Below, one piece after another: positions 27,055 through 39,469 of a DNA stretch of 64,000 nucleotides. The stretch spans positions 1 through 64,000 of the forward strand of contig NIVC01000733.1 of NCBI GenBank assembly GCA_002269645.1, read 5' to 3'. A program made the position numbers and the translations under genes. The notes beneath the pieces are model-generated. The model saw only the letters and a program-made list of their open reading frames with translations, was not told the origin of the DNA and did no database searches. The stretch comes from Macrostomum lignano. Its lineage: Eukaryota. Each line of letters starts with the position of its first letter. Positions within the stretch are counted from its first letter, which is position 1.

Positions 27055-27883
27055 TGTCACGTTATTGCGTAGTGGCTAGGACCCTTAAAAGGGCCGTTTG
27101 ACGAGAATCGTCGTAAGTCGTTGTAGTCCCAAAATGAATCGGAGTCAATTCTTGCAAAACAGATTGTGTAGCGGAGCACTTGGCGTATAAGGGCAGGAAA
27201 CTGCCGTAGTTAATTTATTGTTGAGATCAATATTAGAACTGGTTTAATGTCAATACATAACTTATTGCGCTTTGGGACACTGGCGGCTGCAACAATAGTT
27301 TTGAAGGTAATTTAGAATGATAAAGTCGAGTAGCAGACGAAGGATACAATGGTGACGCAACGTGGTGGGTGATGGCGATGAGCACAGTGGAAGCAGTGAG
27401 TAGCAAGTAGACGGGCAGATAAGTAGCGGCGAGAATGGCGTTAGCCGTGGCAGTACACAGTGGAGTAACGGTGTGTAAACAGGCGGGCCCAGACAGAGGA
27501 GCCGTGGCGATCGAGATAAGGAGGCTCGAGGCAGCCAGGCGAGAGAAGGAAAACGAGACGAAAACACAAGGGCCGCAAGAGAAGACCCCCCCCCAGGCCG
27601 CCGCCCGGCGGGGGTTAATAAAGGGGCGCAGAAGGGTTAGCATAAAACACGGAGAGTTTTCATTGGCTGGCGGGAGAACTTGAAATTATCGATCGTGCTA
27701 GATTTTACAGACGAACGCAAGGTTTACCAAATACACAGTGAATTAGCAATTGATACAGATTAGTTGCACGCTACTACAAGTAAACGTTAAAATAAACTAT
27801 TGGAGAAATTTAAGTGAGAAATTGCAAGGGAAACTACAGTCCAACGGCCCTTTTGCGGGACCACTTTTAACAGCAACGTCACA
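27055..27883 (-). mobile_element. 829-bp TG..CA element with 4-bp TSD (ACTT); copy 2 of the 4140-4948 family, opposite orientation
   Basis: TGTCACGTT...AACGTCACA flanked by ACTT (27051-27054, 27884-27887). The reverse complement aligns with copy 1 along most of its length, diverged (roughly 75-80% by eye in the first 200 bp). Confidence 0.8.
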
Positions 27884-28265
27884 ACTTGATAATCTCGTAG
27901 TATTTGGTATTATTAAGTAGTGGTGGTAACTAATCATTCTTTAAAGCATCGCATTTCATAAAAAAATCACATATTTGCTAAAAAATTGCGCACTTCAAAA
28001 ACTACGACTATATTTGTTCGAACTGCTATAGCAACGATATCATACGAAGAAATCTCATTCAATTGAACGTAGCATGTGTGTGTAGCACTTGGTCGGATTC
28101 TCGCCTTTAACAATTTTCAAGTTTACAAAATAAAAACCGCTCGAGTCGAGCAAATCTTAATTTTATTAATTTGCTATTCAATTAAAATCTATTTTGGCCC
28201 AAGATTTGACTTTCTTGCTTTTTGATTCTTGTATAGCTTAAGCTAGGGGGGCCCTAATAAAAATC

Positions 28266-28356
28266 ATGGAAAACTCAACAAAGTCAAAACAAATCTCCTC
28301 TGAAGCCGAAGGTGCCGAAAAGGATATTTTCAGAGACACTTGGGTTCGATATTTAG
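28266..28356 (+). CDS. MTFP1: Mitochondrial fission process protein 1 (MTP18), exon 1
   Basis: MENSTKSKQISSEAEGAEKDIFRDTWVRYL(G) matches the MTFP1 motif D[LI][YF]RDTWVRYLG. Donor AG|GTAAGT, phase 1. Confidence 0.93.
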
Positions 28357-28679
28357 GTAAGTTATCCATAAAAGTCTTACAGCCATTTTTATTGTTTAGG
28401 CCTACTATTTACTGAAGCAATGTCTAGGTCTAGGCTAGGGTCTATTATTCTAATTGTTGTAATTTTCTAGACAACCAAACAAGCAAAAATCAGTAACTCA
28501 CAACAATTATTGAAAATATCAAAATAAATACTGGTAGCTGTGTAATTAATAATTAGCTATATATGAATAAGTTATTTAGACCCTACTTTTTAAGGATTCT
28601 AATATTTTTTATTTATTTTCAAGTGCAAGATATGGGCTTATTGAACTTTATAGGTTTATAAGTTATATATAGGCCTATA

Positions 28680-28900
28680 TAACTTTGGCCAATTGGTTTT
28701 TACTGATGTTAAAACTGATGTTAAATGTACATAATGGGAGTGGGGTGGCTGTATACTAGACAACAAATTATGGGGTAGGGCCTAGCTGACCAAATGGGTA
28801 AGACTAAGAGATAAATGAGTCATCATGCGGAATCATGCACATGTCTATGTACATTTTAACATCAGTTTTAACATCTGTAAAAACTGATCAACCAAAGTTA
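28680..28900. mobile_element. ~220-bp MITE-like foldback in MTFP1 intron 1 (53-bp inverted arms, possible TA TSD)
   Basis: 28680-28732 TAACTTTGG...TTAAATGTACAT mirrors 28847-28900 ATGTACATTTTAAC...CCAAAGTTA. Confidence 0.6.
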
Positions 28901-30629
28901 TTTTCATTAAATTAGTTGCAGTTTTGATAATATTTATAGATAATCCATAGTCAGGAAGTGGCATGTGCATGCCAAAATTAAATTTGGGAAAAAGTCCTTA
29001 TGTGTACCCTATAGTCCCAAGTATGCACTGTGTATGCAAGAATTTTTTGCTTTGTAAGCTGCATGTGGGAGGGTTTAATGAATTTGATCCAATAGTTAAG
29101 CTATCAAAGTTGTTGCAGGTCTCTAAATAGTAATTATATATATGTTTTTTCATAATCTCATTTTGATGTAATTATTGTGCATTTCTAATAATTGTTCTTA
29201 ATCTTGTAACATTATATTTAGTTCTAGTAGCATTTTGATATAGTTTGCCTAAGCAGTCTTATGTAGGCTTATTCTAGTAATGGGTAGTGGTCTAATGTAA
29301 TTGCCTAAGTGGTCTAATGTATTCTTTCTAGTCCGTCAGGCATTATCTAGATTAGAGGGTCATGGCATGTCTTTCTAAATTTCCTTTGATGGCATATTAT
29401 AATTCTCCAATCTATTCTCTTAGACTTAGTAAGTTTCTTAGCACTTCAAATTTCTTAGTATAAAATACTAATTTAATATAATTCCTTCAAAGGTTTATTT
29501 AAACAACATTTAAAAGGTATGAGAATAAAAATTCAAATTTGTAGATAAGATTAGAATATATTTATTTCTAAAGAAATCAGCTCATAACAAAAATAATAAT
29601 CATAATTATTTCATGCATTTAAACAAATTTGAAATTATTCTTTAGTTTTCATGCAAATTTAAATTAATGGCTATTAGTAACTATTTTTCATGTAAAAACC
29701 TACAAGAATAGACAAATAAGAGTACATTGTTACAATAATTTATCTCTACATATCTGCTATGACTAGACTATATATAAGCTATATAAACAAAAATGACTAT
29801 TCTTAGTATACAAACTTCTATTTAGGCCTATACATTTGTTAGCAAAGAAATAAACAGAAGCTTATATAGCTTAAGGGTTCTGAACAATATAATATTTGTG
29901 TTATATTGCTTTCTTAGCATACTTTTTTGCGTCTTTTTATGCATGATACCATTTTTAAACTAGCATATTTTTTCTGATTTCAAGCTAATAAAATTTTGCA
30001 ATTCATTTGTGCTAACACAGAAATGTATCCCATTTATTGTATAAAAAATTATGAGGTATTCTTGAGGGCATTGGGAAGCATACATGCCCAACACCTATCT
30101 AACCCATCCGAACTAGATGGGTGAAATGGCCACTGGCCAAGGTAAGTTGCAAAATCAAAAAAGCAAAAAAAAACAAAAAAATTGGGAATTGAAAATAAAG
30201 AAAGGAGAGGAAGAGAAAAGGAAAAGAAAGAAGGGAGAAGAGAGTGACGGGAAAGAAGAGAGAGAAAGAGAAAGAGAAAAAGGCAAGAAAAGTCATATAC
30301 AAAGTGAAAATTAAGTTGCAATCAAGAGGAACTAAGTCACAAATCTGGACAAAACAAAGTCACACTAGATTGGTGAAACTTTGAGGTTGGGCATATATGT
30401 TGGGAAGGGGGTTTTGGGGGTAAGAAAAATGGTATTCTTTGGTTTATCATTTTTTCACCTATATTCCATGTAATTTTCTATTTCCGTGATCTTGGCTTGC
30501 ACAAAAGAAACAAAAATGGTTAAACTGGGCTTATTCTTTCAATAGAAAAACTAAATAGAATAGCCAGCCTATAGTTTCTCCTATGGCATGGCAATGATGA
30601 GGATCCTAAACATCTACCTCAGTCTATGA

Positions 30630-31157
30630 TCATTAAAATAGTAGAAATACATTTAAATGATTGTGAAGTGAAGGTAAGGGAGTTGTAGTGATTTTATATT
30701 CCAAAACTGTTCAATGAAGATGATCCTATATATCCACTTGGTTTACAATCATTTCAATGGCAGAAATACATGTAATTTGATTACAAACTGAAGGTAAGGG
30801 GGGTTTAGTGTATCATGATGCTGTCTCATTGACTTCTAAACCATTTGCATATGGTGCAACAATAGTTTAACCACTGGATTGTAGCTTTAGACTCAACTCT
30901 ATACATTATCTGCAGAGTTCTGTGGAAAAAAGACAAATAAATTAATATACTACATATGTCTTCACTACCCCTCTCAGCTTTAGTTTATAATCATTTAAAT
31001 TGAAGAAATACGAGCTACATGTAAATGATTATAAACCAAAGGTAGCTTGTGTATTTAGATAGCCATCAATTTTAGTTACTTACACCAAACCCCCTTACCT
31101 TCAGCTCACAATCATTTAAATGTATTCTGCTATTTAAATGATTGTAAACCAAAGTGG
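30630..31157. repeat. Degenerate inverted/direct ~75-bp repeats (old foldback) in MTFP1 intron 1
   Basis: CCACTTGGTTTACAATCATTT...TGAAGGTAAGGGGGTTT (~30733-30810) is mirrored at ~31080-31157, with a further partial copy at ~30640-30690. Confidence 0.45.
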
Positions 31158-31569
31158 ACATATAAGATCTTTTTTGTCAAACACTAGCACACATTTGAAC
31201 ATCTCTTCTATAACCATATGCATAGTTATTTATAGGAATAAGAATAACTATATTTATTCAAGTATTATACATATACCTACTTTATTTTTATTCAAAGCTT
31301 TTTATTTTGTATTCAACTTGTCAGTGAAATTCACTATTATAATTGATACAACAAATTATATATTTAATAACCTAGTGTTAAACCAAGAAATCATTGACAT
31401 ACTTAGCGTTTTATTGAAACAATTCCAGTTTTTGCAAAACTATTGCATTTTGGCATAGCTGTTAGACAGTATGATGCTAATGAATTTCAAAATCAAAATG
31501 TTAGCATTACAGTAAACAAAAATGCTACTATTCAAATAGAAATACACTTTTGTTTTATCTTACTTGTAG

Positions 31570-31697
31570 GTTATGCCAATGAAGTTGGTGAAGCATTTCG
31601 GATTCAAGTCCATGTGAACTGGGTTCGCTTCTCCTATGTGGTTGCATCGGGCTATGTGGCTGCTGACACTGCACACAAAACTCAGCTTGAGTATCAG
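31570..31697 (+). CDS. MTFP1: MTFP1 exon 2
   Basis: (G)YANEVGEAFRIQVHVNWVRFSYVVASGYVAADTAHKTQLEYQ contains the conserved YANEVGEAFR. Acceptor TTGTAG, donor CAG|GTAATA, phases 1 to 0. Confidence 0.95.
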
Positions 31698-31809
31698 GTA
31701 ATAATACTTAAAGAGCTAATAGTTAATCTACTTTGAAGCTAAACTTTATAAATCCCCATGATAATTAAAAATCATTCCTTATTTCCTGTGATTCCAGTCC
31801 CAATTTCAC

Positions 31810-33190
31810 GATCCTCAACCCTTAATCCAAAGAATTCTCAACCCTTAATCCCCATGATCATCAACCCTTAATCCCCATGGTTCTCAACCCTTAATCCCCA
31901 TGACCCTCAACTCAACTCTTAATCCCCATGATAATCAACCATTAATCCCCATGATAATCAACCCTTAATCCCCATGATCATCAACCCTTAATCCCCATGG
32001 TTCTCAACCCTTAATCCCCATGACCCTCAACTCAACTCTTAATCCCCATGATAATCAACCATTAATCCCCATGATAATCAACCATTAATCCCAATGATAA
32101 TCAACCCTTGATCCCCATGATCCTCAAACCCTTAATCCCATGATAATCAACCCTTAATCACCATGATCCTCAACCCTTAATCTTCATGACCCTCAACCCT
32201 TAATCCCCATGATCCTCAACCCTTAATCCTCATGACCCTCAACCATTAATCCCCATGATAATCAACCATTAATCCCCATGATAATCAACCATTAATCCCC
32301 ATGATAATCAACCATTAATCCCCATGATAATCAACCCTTGATCCCCATGATCCTCAAACCCTTAATCCCATGATAATCAACCCTTAATCCCCATGACCCT
32401 CAACCCTTAATCCTCATGACCCTCAACCCTTAATCCCCATGACCCTCAACCCTTAATCCCCATGATCCTCAACCCTTAATCCCCATGATCTTCAACTCTT
32501 AATCCCCATGACCCTCAACCCTTAATCCCCATGATCCTCAACCCTTAATCCTCATGACCCTCAACCATTAATCCCCATGATCATCAACCATTAATCCCCA
32601 TGATAATCAACCATTAATCCCCATGATAATCAACCATTAATCCCCATGATCCTCAACCCTTAATCCCCATGATCTTCAACTCTTAATCCCCATGACCCTC
32701 AACCCTTAATCCCCATGATCCTCAACCCTTAATCCTCATGACCCTCAACCCTTAATCTCCATGATCTTCAACCCTTAATCCCCATGATCCTCAACCCTTA
32801 ATCCTCATGACCCTCAACCCTTAATCCCCATGACCCTCAACCCTTAATCCCCATGATCCTCAACCCTTAATCCTCATGACCCTCAACCCTTAATCCCCAT
32901 GATCCTCAACCCTTAATCCCCATGATCCTCAACCCTTAATCCTCATGACCCTCAACCCTTAATCTCCATGATCTTCAACCCTTAATCCCCATGACCCTCA
33001 ACCCTTAATCCCCATGATCCTCAACCCTTAATCCCCATGATCCTCAACCCTTAATCCCCATGACCCTCAGCCCTTAATCCCCATGATCCTCAACCCTTAA
33101 TCCCCATGACCCTCAACCCTTAATCCCCATGACCCTCAACCCTTAATCCCCATGACCCTCAACTCCTAATCCCCAAGGTCCTCAACCCTT
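31810..33190. repeat. 23-bp minisatellite (AACCCTTAATCCCCATGATCCTC)n, ~60 copies, filling MTFP1 intron 2
   Basis: Direct reading. Confidence 0.95.
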
Positions 33191-33260
33191 CCCCTATTCT
33201 TTTTTTTTCTCACCAAACCGTGCGTCTTATTGATCCAAACCCAACCCAACCCACTCGCAG

Positions 33261-33590
33261 GCCTCAGGTAATCGCTGGAATTCCCGAGTCGCTTTTGCCT
33301 GCTTAGACTCGCTAGTCTGGCAAAGCCTGGCGTCAGTAATTGTACCCGGCCTTACAATCAACAGAATCTGCTGGGCAGCCAATTTAACAATTAATAAGCT
33401 AATTAGAACGCGCACACTGACTACGGTTGGGCCGTTAACAACTCGTTGGTTAGTAACTGGCATTGGGCTGGGCAGCATACCCTTCATCGTTGGGCCCATA
33501 GACAGGACTGTGCACTCCGCCATGGACGGCAGTTTGAGGCGTTTTGCTCCGAAAACTGAGCAGCCAACTTCTACTAAAGGAGACGACTAA
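33261..33590 (+). CDS. MTFP1: MTFP1 exon 3 (terminal); full protein 182 aa
   Basis: ASGNRWNSRVAFACLDSLVWQSLASVIVPGLTINRICWAA...GIGLGSIPFIVGPIDRTVHSAMDGSLRRF...KGDD* matches MTFP1 D[ST]xxWQxLASVxIPGxTINR and PIDR motifs. Acceptor CTCGCAG, phase 0. Exons sum to 549 nt. Confidence 0.95.
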   Translation, partial: ASGNRWNSRVAFACLDSLVWQSLASVIVPGLTINRICWAANLTINKLIRTRTLTTVGPLTTRWLVTGIGLGSIPFIVGPIDRTVHSAMDGSLRRFAPKTEQPTSTKGDD

Positions 33591-34222
33591 AGTTCTGCGT
33601 TTGCAGTCTTTTGTTTAACTGGAAGTTAGTTTAAATTTTATTAAACACTGTTGCTCATTTATTTTAAGCGAGTTTCTAACCTAAAATCAATCTCCCATCT
33701 ATTCAATCAATCTTGTATTATTAGCATTTAAATCTTACAAAACAAAGATTGTCTTTATTTTTTTAGATTTTTAGTTTTCGTTGTTAGAAATCTGATCATG
33801 CTGTTTGATCGGTCTTCCCTTGAACAAAAAATGGACTATTTCTAATAATATTACACTAGTTTAGTTTAGTTCAAGGAAAAACTTTGATATTTTTGAAGGC
33901 CGATTTTCTAGAAAAGGTTATTCCAGGAAATTTGCCTCCAAAAACTACACGGTCTCTGAGTCTTACGTCCTGTTACAATATGCTACAGTAGTCCTTGGTT
34001 TAGTTGGCTATTAGTTGCAAAGTAGTTTTTAGCTTATGATTGCTTTTATTGAAAAATATATAGACAATTAACTTGCAAGTAATTTTATTATTTTATTCAA
34101 AAATTAAATGCTGGTCACGTTTGTTTAGCTTCCTTAGATTTAATATGCAAAATGTCTACTTTTCTACTTAGTTAGTAGCTTAAACGGATAATTTCGCCTA
34201 GGGCTGCATATAAATCAATGCT

Positions 34223-37200
34223 TTAAAGGTATTTTTCAGTGGCACCAGCGTTAGTGCGGTTGGGGTTTGCTAAAATTGGTAACTTCACTAACAAAACCCG
34301 CTCCCGTCTGTCAGTGGCTTGCTTTAAAAATGAAGATTTAAAAGTACAAAAGAAACTAACGGCCTTCAAGCCTTGGCCGCTGGCTATCTGTATGTGGGGC
34401 CGTGATTTCCAGTGTAGAGGAATAACTTGGGCTTCTGGAAAAAGGAAAGTTTTTGGCGTGTTTACACCGAGCCAGGCCGTCATTGATGCTTTAGCAAACT
34501 GTATACACAGCTTTCGGGTGACATGATGGAAAGGTTTGTGCTTGTGTGGCGTGTGTACACTGATTGTCTGTCCTTTGTACTTACGATAAGCCTTTATCGG
34601 ATTTTTGGCACTACCTGTCTTGGGATATCGGATTCTACATACCTGTCTCGGGATATTGGATTCTACATACCTGTCTCGGGATATTGGGTTCTACATACCT
34701 GTCTCGGGATATCGGATTCTACATACCTGTCTCGGGATATTGGGTTCTACATACCTGTCTCGGGATATCGGATTCTACATACCTGTCTCGGGATATCGGA
34801 TTCTACATACCTGTCTCGGGATATTGGGTTCTACATACCTGTCTCGGGATATTGGATTCTACATACCTGTCTCGGGATATCGGATTCTACATACCTGTCT
34901 CGGGATATCGGATTCTACATACCTGTCTCGGGATATCGGATTCTACATACCTGTCTCGGGATATCGGATTCTACATACCTGTCTCGGGATATCGGATTCT
35001 ACATACCTGTCTCGGGATATCGGATTCTACATACCTGTCTCGGGATATTGGATTCTACATACCTGTTTCGGGATATTGGATTCTACATACCTGTCTCGGG
35101 ATATTGGGTTCTACATACCTGTCTCGGGATATTGGATTCTACATACCTGTCTCGGGATATTGGATTCTACCTGTCTTGGGATATCGGATTCTACATGCCT
35201 GTCTCGGGATATCGGATTCTACATACCTGTCTTGGTATATCGGATTCTACATACCTGTCTCGGGATATCAGATTCTACATACCTGTCTCGGGATATTGTT
35301 GGGTTCTGCATACCTGTCTCGGGATATCGGATTCTACATACCTGTCTCGGGATATTGTTGGGTTCTGCATACCTGTCTCGGGATATCGGATTCTACATAC
35401 CTGTCTCGGGATATCGGATTCTACATACCTGTCTCGGGATATCGGATTCTACATACCTGTCTCGGGATATTGGGTTCTACATACCTGTCTCGGGATATTG
35501 GGTTCTACATACCTGTCTCGGGATATTGGGTTCTACATACCTGTCTCGGGATATCGGATTCTACATACCTGTCTCGGGATATCGGATTCTACATACCTGT
35601 CTCGGGATATTGGGTTCTACATACCTGTCTCGGGATATCGGATTCTACATGCCTGTCTCGGGATATCGGATTCTACATACCTGTCTCGGGATATTGGATT
35701 CTACATACCTGTCTCGGGATATCGGATTCTACATACCTGTCTCGGGATATCGGATTCTACATACCTGTCTCGGGATATCGGATTCTACATACCTGTCTCG
35801 GGATATCGGATTCTACATACCTGTCTCGGGATATTGGATTCTACATACCTGTCTCGGGATATTGGATTCTACATACCTGTCTCGGGATATTGGATTCTAC
35901 ATACCTGTCTCGGGATATTGGGTTCTACATACCTGTCTCGGGATATTGGGTTCTACATACCTGTCTCGGGATATCGGATTCTACATACCTGTCTTGGGAT
36001 ATCGGATTCTACATACCTGTCTCGGGATATCGGATTCTACATACCTGTCTCGGGATATTGGATTCTACATACCTGTCTCGGGATATCGGATTCTACATAC
36101 CTGTCTCGGGATATCGGATTCTACATACCTGTCTTGGTATATCGGATTCTACATACCTGTCTCGGGATATCAGATTCTACATACCTGTCTCGGGATATTG
36201 GATTCTACATACCTGTCTTGGTATATCGGATTCTACATACCTGTCTCGGGATATCAGATTCTACATACCTGTCTCGGGATATTGGATTCTACCTGTCTCG
36301 GGATATCGGATTCTACATACCTGTCTCGGGATATTGTTGGGTTCTGCATACCTGTCTCGGGATATCGTATTCTACATACCTGTCTCGGGATATCGGATTC
36401 TACATGCCTGTCTCGGGATATTGGATTCTACATACCTGTCTCGGGATATTGTTGAGTTCTACATACCTGTCTTGGTGATATTGTTGAGTTCTACATACCT
36501 GTCTTGGTGATATTGTTGAGTTCTACATACGTGTCCTGGGACATTGTTGAGTTCTACATACCTGTCTTGGGACATTGTTGAGTTCTACATACCTGTCTTG
36601 GGACATTGTTGAGTTCTACATACCTGTCCTGGGACATTGTTGGGTTCTACATACGTGTAATCCTGGATGGAGAAAAGACAGCACAGAACAGCCAGCATCG
36701 CTTCCTTTGCTATCTCGACTCGTGTCTGTCTCGTGGCGGGACTAATGAGCCCCCATGCTAAGCAGGCTTTTCCTTGACAAACAATTGTTTTTTCGGGTGT
36801 CCCAGTCGGTCGCTATAATTAATTTGAGTCGCAAAAGTACAGATACAGTAGCTAGACTTTAGACATTTAGTATTAGTATATATAGGTGGATATATGCCTG
36901 ATACCTTTATTACATGACGGTCTCTGCTCACACATCTTAGCATCAAGGAATGGAATCGATGTTAGTGATTACTTGGTTGTGTCACATGTATAATGTAGCT
37001 CATTTTAAACTATGCCCCCCCGGTTTCGTTGCTCACGAGATGTCAGTTTCAAGATTCTTTTTATATACTGTACAGTGCTGTTATAATTAGAGACTTTTTC
37101 TTGGCAAATTAAAATTTTTAGTAAAATAAACTTGAAGCGTATGAATTGTATCGAGTAAAATAGTCTAGTTTGAGAACCTGAAGTACAGGATAAGTGTGTA

Positions 37201-38592
37201 GCTTCAGAACCTGAAGGAGAGAACGATAATCGTGTAGCTTCAGAACCTGAAGGATAGGATATAAGAGTGTAGCTTCAGAACCCGAAGGATAGGATATAAC
37301 AGTGTAGCTTCAGGACCTGAAGGAGAGAACGATAATCGTGTAGCTTCAGAACCTGAAGGATAGGATATAAGAGTGTAGCTTCAGCACCTGAAGGGTAGGA
37401 TATAAGAGTGTAGCTTCAGCACCTGAAGGATAGGATATAAGAGTGTAGCTTTAGAACCTGAAGGATAGGATATAAGAGTGTAGCTTCAGCACCTGAAGGG
37501 TAGGATATAAGAGTGTAGCTTTAGAACCTGAAGGATAGGATATAAGAGTGTAGCTTCAGCACCTGAAGGATAGGATATAAGAGTGTAGCTTCAGCACCTG
37601 AAGGATAGGATATACGGTAAGAGTGTAGCTTTAGAACCTGAAGGATAGGATATAAGAGTGTAGCTTCAGCACCTGAAGGGTAGGATATAAGAGTGTAGCT
37701 TTAGAACCTGAAGGATAGGATATAAGAGTGTAGCTTTAGAACCTGAAGGATAGGATATAAGAGTGTAGCTTCAGCACCTGAAGGATAGGATATAAGAGTG
37801 TAGCTTCAGCACCTGAAGGATAGGATATAAGAGTGTAGCTTCAGCACCTGAAGGGTAGGATATAAGAGTGTAGCTTTAGAACCTGAAGGATAGGATATAA
37901 GAGTGTAGCTTCAGCACCTGAAGGATAGGATATAAGAGTGTAGCTTCAGGACCTGAAGGAGAGAACGATCTGTCCTCTCCCTCTCTCTTCTCCTCTAACT
38001 CTCCTCTCCTCTACTTATCCCCTCCTCCTCTCCTTCTCCTGCTCTCCCTCTCCCCTCTTCTTCCTCTCTTCTCTCTTCTCTCTCTCGAATCTCCCCCTTT
38101 CTTATCTCTCATCTCATCTACTTCTACCTCTCCTCTCCCATATCATCTCCCTCTCATATCATCTGCCTCTCTCATCTCTCATCTCATCTCCATCTCCGAT
38201 CCCATCACTTCCTCTCCCTGCTCTTTTCCAGAACTAAGAATTGCTGCGTTTGAAAAAAGACAATGTCACTAACAGTTTAATCCTTGACCTCAGAACTTTT
38301 TTCTACGGTAGAACATAAGTGCGTTTTACTGCACGGAAACTGCAGTGTTGTTACCTTTGTTACCTTTTCCGTTTCAAAGGTGCAACAGCTGTTCTTACCT
38401 TGTCAAACTGCTAAATGGTCTCCTTGGACCGGTTTGGCTGTTGTTGCAAAACTAGAAAATATTTCGTCTTTTACGTTAAAGCAGATTTATAGATACATGC
38501 AGTTCAACAAGAAATACCTGCAAGCTTCTACTTAGGGTATTTTGACTATGTTCTTCAAGATTAACAAATCTCAATGTCAAAACAGGAGGCGA
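34223..38592 (-). CDS. Unidentified spliced gene (tentative): exons 38518-38592, 38399-38451, 38289-38328, 36624/36655-36812, 34585-34614 and a terminal exon ending 34223
   Basis: Four successive GT-AG-bounded open segments have compatible phases (SPPVLTLRFVNLEEHSQNTLSRSLQ / FCNNSQTGPRRPFSSLTS / KTHLCSTVEKSSE / RPTGTPEKTIVCQGKACLAWGLISPATRQTRVEIAKEAMLAVLCCLFSIQDY). Two short introns of 66 and 70 nt. No family recognised, no ATG exon found, and the 3' exon phase is unresolved. Confidence 0.35.
34615..36654 (-). repeat. 28/31-bp minisatellite, ~70 copies; minus-strand unit GTATGTAGAATCCGATATCCCGAGACAG
   Basis: The 28-nt period was verified (34691 to 34719). The 31-bp variant is concentrated at the 36450-36654 end. 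Confidence 0.95.
37174..37969. repeat. 35-bp minisatellite (GTGTAGCTTCAGCACCTGAAGGATAGGATATAAGA)n, ~22 copies, each with a 6-bp inverted repeat
   Basis: The 35-nt period was verified (37441 to 37476). Each unit contains CTTCAG-NAC-CTGAAG. Confidence 0.93.
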
Positions 38593-38749
38593 CTAGAGGG
38601 AAAGAGATAGCATAAGAAAGGAAGTGGATGAGGAGAAGAGATGTGTTGAGTAGAGGGGATGTGAGGGTAGAGAAAATATGCGAGGGATATAGGGCATGAT
38701 CGAGGGGTAGAGAAGAGAAGGGAGAGAGAAGAGGTAGAGAAGGGATTTG

Positions 38750-39375
38750 AGGGGTAGAGAGGGGATGTGAGAGGTAGAGAAGGGGATGTGAGGGGACTTA
38801 AGGGGTAGAGAGGGGATTTGAGGGGTAGAGAGGGGATTTGAGGGGTAGAGAGGGGATTTAAGGGGTAGAGAGGGGATTTAAGGGGTAGAGAGGGGATTTG
38901 AGGGGTAGAGAGGGGATTTAAGGGGTAGAGAGGGGATTTGAGGGGTAGAGAGGGGATTTAAGAGGTAGAGAGGGGATTTAAGAGGTAGAGAGGGGATTTG
39001 AGGGTTAGAGAGGGGATTTAAGGGGTAGAGAGGGGATTTAAGGGGTAGAGAGGGGATTTAAGGGGTAGAGAGGGGATTTGAGGGGTAGAGAGGGGATTTA
39101 AGGGGTAGAGAGGGGATTTGAGGGTAGAGAGGGGATTTAAGAGGTAGAGAGGGGATTTAAGAGGTAGAGAGGGGATTTGAGGGTTAGAGAGGGGATTTAA
39201 GGAGTAGAGAGGGGATTTAAGGGGTAGAGAGGGGATTTAAGGGGTAGAGAGGGGATTTGAGGGGTAGAGAGGGGATTTGAGGGGTAGAGAGGGGTGTGAG
39301 GGGTAGAGAGGGATTTTTAGGGGTAGAGAGGGGATTTTTAGGGGTAGAGGGGGTGTGAGGGGTAGAGAGGGGATG
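38750..39375. repeat. 20-bp G-rich minisatellite (GAGGGGTAGAGAGGGGATTT)n
   Basis: Direct reading. Confidence 0.93.
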
Positions 39376-39469
39376 AGTAGATGAGGGGAAAAGCGGTTAT
39401 AGAAAGTTCAACAAAATCACCAAAAGATGCAATCGTGAAAGTTTAGAAGGACAATTGCAGAGTCCAATG

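Noticed and set aside
4140-27883. Composite transposon or full LTR retroelement carrying the SecA-like gene as cargo
   Set aside because: The two copies are inverted and diverged, and each has its own TSD (CGGG vs ACTT). The outer flanks do not match, and no gag/pol or transposase lies between them.
34523-36510. Three 600+ aa + strand ORFs
   Set aside because: Stop-free translations of a 28-bp satellite in all three frames; no coding signature.
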